From contig MU626465.1 of assembly GCA_025603075.1 (NCBI GenBank), positions 1-33,814 of the forward strand: a DNA stretch of 33,814 nt, read 5' to 3'. The translations under genes and the position numbers were made by a program. The DNA comes from Neoconidiobolus thromboides FSU 785. Taxonomy: Eukaryota; Fungi; Entomophthoromycota. Below are positions 29,255 to 33,814 of the stretch, in pieces. The notes under the pieces are model-generated. The model saw nothing but the letters and a program-made list of their open reading frames with translations. It was not told where the DNA came from and searched no databases. Each line of letters begins with the position of its first letter. The stretch's first letter is position 1.

Positions 29255-29728
29255 TTTATTATTATAATAAATAATTTTATTGAAAAAGTGAGTTCATTAA
29301 AATTGTAATTATTGACAAGCGTAATTGTTGCAGAAAGTAGAATTTATGCTCTTTTCTGATAAGAATTATTTAGCGGGAATAAGATTTTATTATTATTATT
29401 ACTAAAAAAACAAAAAAGCATTAATTTATAATATTTGAATATTAGATTAAGTTCATATAGTTAAATTGTTCCATATAAAAACAGCTTTAGGTATATAGAA
29501 AATAAAGCTAACACTCTAATAACATATAATACGTAATAACTCAAGTTTAAATTCCAATAACTACTAACTGATTAATTCTCCACTCATAAAAAGAACGCAA
29601 AAAATAATCCACTAATCCATGATTTCATTTGCTAAAATTACGTAGAAACTGAAAACTCAATTGAAGGTGGCAACTAATTAAAAAAAGATAGATTTCATTT
29701 TTTTTTAAAAACAGATAAACTTTATAAA

Positions 29729-30772
29729 ATGGCTTCAACTCGTGCTTTAAATGATGAAGAAGTATACGCTGAAATGAGAAAGATGGTGAGTTTAATTATT
29801 ATATTGAGAAGATCTAGGGATTAACATTTGATTTTAGATTGCTTTCATTAAACAAGAAGCCTTAGAAAAAGCTAGAGAAATTAAAGTTAAGGTAGATTTT
29901 ATCAAAATTTTTAAACAAGGGATGTTAATTTCTATTTTTAAGGCCGATGAAGAATTCAATATCGAAAAGGTAAATACTTTTGTTTGAAAATAAGAGCCGT
30001 AATTAACCTTTTTATTTAGGCCAAAATTGTACGTCAAGAGTCAATTAATATTGAGTCTGTATTTGAGCGTAAAACCAAACAAGTAGAAGTTGAAAAGATT
30101 ATGTAAGCAATAGAAAAAGTTGATTAAAAAGTTAATAATGAATTAATTCAATTAGCGCTAAGTCCACTTTAACAAACAAATCACGTCTTGAAGTATTAGG
30201 GGAAAGACAAAGTTTACTTAATGAACTTTTTGAAACCGCTGGTGAAAAACTTAAAGCTATACCACAAGATAAAGAAAAATATACAGCTTTTTTAAATGAC
30301 CTGGTTTTACAAGTAAGCTTTATTATTTTCAATAGCTTATAAATCGATTATTAAAATTTAGGGTTTCTATCAACTCATGGAAGAAAATGTAACCATTGCT
30401 TGTCGTGAAAGTGATGTTGATTTAGTCAAACAAGCTTCTGAACATGCTTCTAAGATCTTTGAAGAACAATTTAACTACCCTGTTAAAGTTGAAATTGATA
30501 GCCATTATTTACCAGCTGACAGGTAACTTTTATAGATAAAATATATAATAATTATATTAAACTATTTTTCAGTAATGGTGGTATCATCTTATCATGCCTT
30601 AATGGCAGAATCAAAGTTGAAAATACTTTAGAATCTCGTTTAGAACAATTAAAAGAACAAGTAAGTTTATTTTTTTTTGTAAGCCAACTTTGTTAATTTA
30701 ACTGCTTAGATGTTACCTCAAATCCGTTACTCTTTGTTTGGTCCTTCCCCAAATCGTAAATTCTATAACTAA
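29729..30772 (+). CDS. VMA4: V-type proton ATPase subunit E, 8 exons including a 27-nt microexon
   Basis: MASTRALNDEEV...IAFIKQEALEKAREIKVK/ADEEFNIEK...GGIIL...GRIKVENTLESRL...MLPQIRYSLFGPSPNRKFYN*. Confidence 0.96.
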
Positions 30773-30981
30773 TACACTTTATTAAATGGGCTTTCTATAT
30801 CATTAAGTTTTATTTGATTTTACTTTCCAAGTAAACGGATTTATTTTAATTGAAGTCTTTTTTAATTAATATAGAGAATAATAAATCTAATAAGTAAAAG
30901 GTTATTTTTATATTGAAAAAATGATATGTACAAATTATCCAAGTATAAAAAATGAAATATTTAAATTAAAATGATAACAAT

Positions 30982-31689
30982 CTATAATTCTTCTTTATTT
31001 CCTTTAACTTTCTCCTTAGTTTTTTCCTTTTTAAGCTTAAATGTAACATAGCCTTCACCTTCGACAATACTTGGAGGTTTATGGGTAGCAGCGATGGGTT
31101 CTAACAAATCACAAACTTTAGCTAAATACTCTTTAACCCTTGGTTCTTCCAGCTTTAATTTTTTCTTATTTCTTGTGGATCCAGACACTTGAAACTGAGC
31201 TAAATTCCCTTTTTGAAGGCATTTTTTAGCCAAATTAACTTTGGTATTAAGATCATGCTCACCAATTAATATGGATAATTTGAATTCTTTAAGTGAAATA
31301 CTATTTTGTTTTTTATTTGCTTGCAATTGTTTTTCTCTTTCATATAATTGTTTAATATTATAAATTCGACAGATTGGATTTTCAGAGTTGTCTAATTGCA
31401 TTAATACATGGGTAGTTAAATCCATTTCTTTCAATATTTTCCATACTGGTTTGACACCTTGTTTTTGTCCTTCAGCATCAATAAGCTGTACATATTTACT
31501 TTGTATTTCCTGATTTCGTGGTCTTCTACCTTCTTTTTGTTTCTTTTGAACCGGCTTATCTGGCGTTGTATACGTCAAAAAGCCCCTATTTGTCTCCTGT
31601 TGAAGTGAATTAATCGCTAGCTGGTTTAGCCTTGGATAAAAGTTAAGTAATGAATTTGCTTGCTTGAAGGCTGCTATTAAAGATCTCAT
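30982..31689 (-). CDS. Mitochondrial translation initiation factor IF-3
   Basis: Presequence-like N-terminus; IF3-N RNQEIQSKYVQLIDAEG; IF3-C KEFKLSILIGEHDLNTK...LQKG. Confidence 0.85.
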   Translation of the reverse strand: MRSLIAAFKQANSLLNFYPRLNQLAINSLQQETNRGFLTYTTPDKPVQKKQKEGRRPRNQEIQSKYVQLIDAEGQKQGVKPVWKILKEMDLTTHVLMQLDNSENPICRIYNIKQLYEREKQLQANKKQNSISLKEFKLSILIGEHDLNTKVNLAKKCLQKGNLAQFQVSGSTRNKKKLKLEEPRVKEYLAKVCDLLEPIAATHKPPSIVEGEGYVTFKLKKEKTKEKVKGNKEEL

Positions 31690-31877
31690 TTATTGTTAAA
31701 AAAAAGTTTGAGCTTGTCAATATATTTTTATTAGTTGCTTATACTTTGAGTTTTATTGGCTATAAAAGTGGGTGACTAAAATTTTTAAATAATCAGATAA
31801 AAATGAAAATTTCATAAGTGACACGTATATCAAGGGAAAAAATTCACATAATTAAGATACATGTATTAAATTTTATT

Positions 31878-32711
31878 TTAAACTAAATGTTTTGAAAAGA
31901 AAGTGGCTGTAATATTGATAGCATCAGTAGTAAGCTTACGATTTTCTTCATTTGTAAAGTCACCTCTAGCAGCTGCAAACCCATGGAAAGTTTGAGTAAA
32001 CTCATGTTTTTCAGATTGAGTGAGGGCTGAAGGTTTAATTTGATCAAAGAAAGGAATCTATAAAATATGTTATATATATTATCATGAATCAATAATTCAA
32101 ATTTACGATTTCGGATTCATCTTTAGTGGGGATAAATAAAAATGGATAATTGATTTCTTTAAAATCTTGCTCAGTGAGAGCAGCTGGATGGAGAGCGGCA
32201 CCAGCTTTAAAAATAGGCTTAGAAAGCTTAAGAGCTTCAACTACCATTTTGCCGCCCCAACAAAATCCAATAATACCAGTTTGATCTTTTTCAGTGTCAA
32301 TATTAAAGTGTTTAATTAAAACTTGTAAGTCTTTATAAACCCTATTTTCCCAATTGTTATCAACAAACCCCCATTGTTTAAGCTCTTGATAACTAATTAA
32401 CAACAAATAAATAAATGTTACTTTGGTATTATAATAAACAGTTACTTTTTAGGTGGAAAATTATCTAAAGACCAAGGTTTTCCACGGAAAAAATCAGGAA
32501 CGATTACTCTGTAACCAGCTTGGGATAAAAGATCTACGAATTGAAGGGTGTTGTTATGGAACCCAAAGATATCATAGCAACAAAAGATGGTTTTTTTATG
32601 CTCTTCTCCAATGATGTAGTATTCGAAATCTTCTACCTTGGCTTTATTTCCCTTTGGTTCATAGTTTGAAACTACGGGTGGCAAAGTACAACATGCTTTT
32701 GGAATTGACAT
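31878..32711 (-). CDS. Dienelactone hydrolase family protein (third paralog), 3 exons: 32711-32446, 32392-32107, 32057-31878
   Basis: ACCTLPPV, YDIFG, VPDFFRGKPW, GFCWGG, HGFAAARG. Introns 32393-32445 and 32058-32106 sit at the same positions as in the 1266-2105 gene. Confidence 0.92.
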
Positions 32712-32998
32712 TTTTTGTATTAAAAGTTAAATTATTGAAATATAAATTCACAAATCGAGTTTTTATACTGCTTTTGGGATGATGTCATTCATTAATCATT
32801 CCTCACTAAGATCTTTGAAAGGATTCTATTAACAAAATCGATTTATCTTTAGAAAGATGTATTAATAATATACAGTTATTTAAATGTATTAAAAAATCTT
32901 AGTATATCACACCTACACTATATTATGTATGGAAACTAAAACTTAGAAGGACAAAAAGGGTACTAAGAGTATCCATGTAATAAAACTCTATTTTTTAT

Positions 32999-33814
32999 TT
33001 AATCAAAAAGATTAGCTGGTACTTTGGAATCAATATAAGAAGGTAGTGGAATATTTAAAGCTTTTAAAGTGATAGCAAAGATGTCCATATTACGTACAGT
33101 ATTAGAAGGCAATTGTTTTGGAGAAATACCAGGACCAGAAGCACCAAATAGGATTTGAGTTTCTTGGAGAGTATTACCACCATGGCTAGTCCCGATACCG
33201 CCATGATCAGCGGTGACTAAAATTAAGGTAGATTCAAGTAATTGAGTTTCTTGAAGCTTGTGGACAATCTTACCAATATAGCTATCGATTAATTTATATT
33301 TAGCTATATATTCTTTACCCATCCATCCTTTCCCATGCCCAGTATTATCAATATCACTAAAATCAACAAACATGAGTTTAGCTTCTTTTCCGTAGTTACT
33401 GATAAAGTCTAAAGTTGGAGCAACAATATTATCATCGTTGTCAGTAACTTTAGTCAACTTTAAGCCTTCTTCAGTAAGTCCTTTATTCAAAGGAGTCCAA
33501 GAAACAATAGAAGCAATAGTAGCGTTAGCATCAAAATTTAAGATAGTTTTAAAGATAGTAGGGTATTCTTTCTTGTTGTAGTAATGATCATTAATATTAC
33601 TATTAGTAACCCCATGCTTATTAGGATTAACTCCGGTTAACATAGAGCCCCAATTTTGTCCAGACCAGGTTGGCTTCATAGCTTGAGCAAAGTTAGTATA
33701 AGCACCAGAAGCAAACAATTTTTTGATATTAGGTGTATCGATTTCTTTATAAAAATTACCAGCTCCATCTAAACCAATGAAGACTACTCTTTCAATCTCT
33801 TGACTGTTGATGGA
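32999..33814 (-). CDS. Alkaline phosphatase superfamily (nucleotide pyrophosphatase/phosphodiesterase-like) enzyme, 5'-truncated by the window edge
   Basis: Frame open to the edge: RVVFIGLDGAG (metal Asp), PTWSGQNWGSMLTG (Ser nucleophile position), DIDNTGH, VTADHGG, SHGG. Confidence 0.88.
   Translation of the reverse strand, partial: SINSQEIERVVFIGLDGAGNFYKEIDTPNIKKLFASGAYTNFAQAMKPTWSGQNWGSMLTGVNPNKHGVTNSNINDHYYNKKEYPTIFKTILNFDANATIASIVSWTPLNKGLTEEGLKLTKVTDNDDNIVAPTLDFISNYGKEAKLMFVDFSDIDNTGHGKGWMGKEYIAKYKLIDSYIGKIVHKLQETQLLESTLILVTADHGGIGTSHGGNTLQETQILFGASGPGISPKQLPSNTVRNMDIFAITLKALNIPLPSYIDSKVPANLFD

Noticed and set aside
5116-30332. Short shadow ORFs (5116, 6578, 11057, 12199, 16066, 18394, 19069, 23460, 24481, 28823, 29834, 30132)
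   Set aside because: All are antisense to well-supported genes and have no recognisable motifs.
31883-32092. 69-aa minus-strand ORF
   Set aside because: Wrong frame of DLH exon 3; the spliced frame (32057-31878) carries the HGFAAARG motif.

Overview
Very AT-rich eukaryotic DNA with short (about 50-bp) GT-AG introns. Gene content and style point to an early-diverging fungus; an entomophthoralean such as Conidiobolus/Neoconidiobolus is my inference, not something the sequence proves. The left part (1-17.5 kb) is an accessory block: two tandem dienelactone-hydrolase-family genes, five intronless secreted class-3 lipases, a secreted RlpA/expansin-like protein, a PPxY-motif hypothetical protein and transposon relics. 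The right part (17.5-31.7 kb) is a compact housekeeping block: mitochondrial LeuRS, DNMT2, a decayed tRNA-Leu(CAA), NAT10/KRE33, MED31, UVRAG/VPS38, V-ATPase subunit E and mitochondrial IF3. A third DLH paralog and a bacterial-looking alkaline-phosphatase-superfamily enzyme follow. The most striking unannotated structure is a ~97-100-bp miniature inverted-repeat element (GGGGATG...CATCCCC) present in about 17 copies, none inside an intact coding region. One copy nested inside another reveals a 4-bp target-site duplication (AAGT), and most other copies are flanked by ATAT-like 4-mers. That signature is Sola-like by inference. Also notable: a degraded Mutator/MULE transposase interrupted by this element, and two convergent tRNA-enzyme genes whose stop codons overlap in one TTAA.
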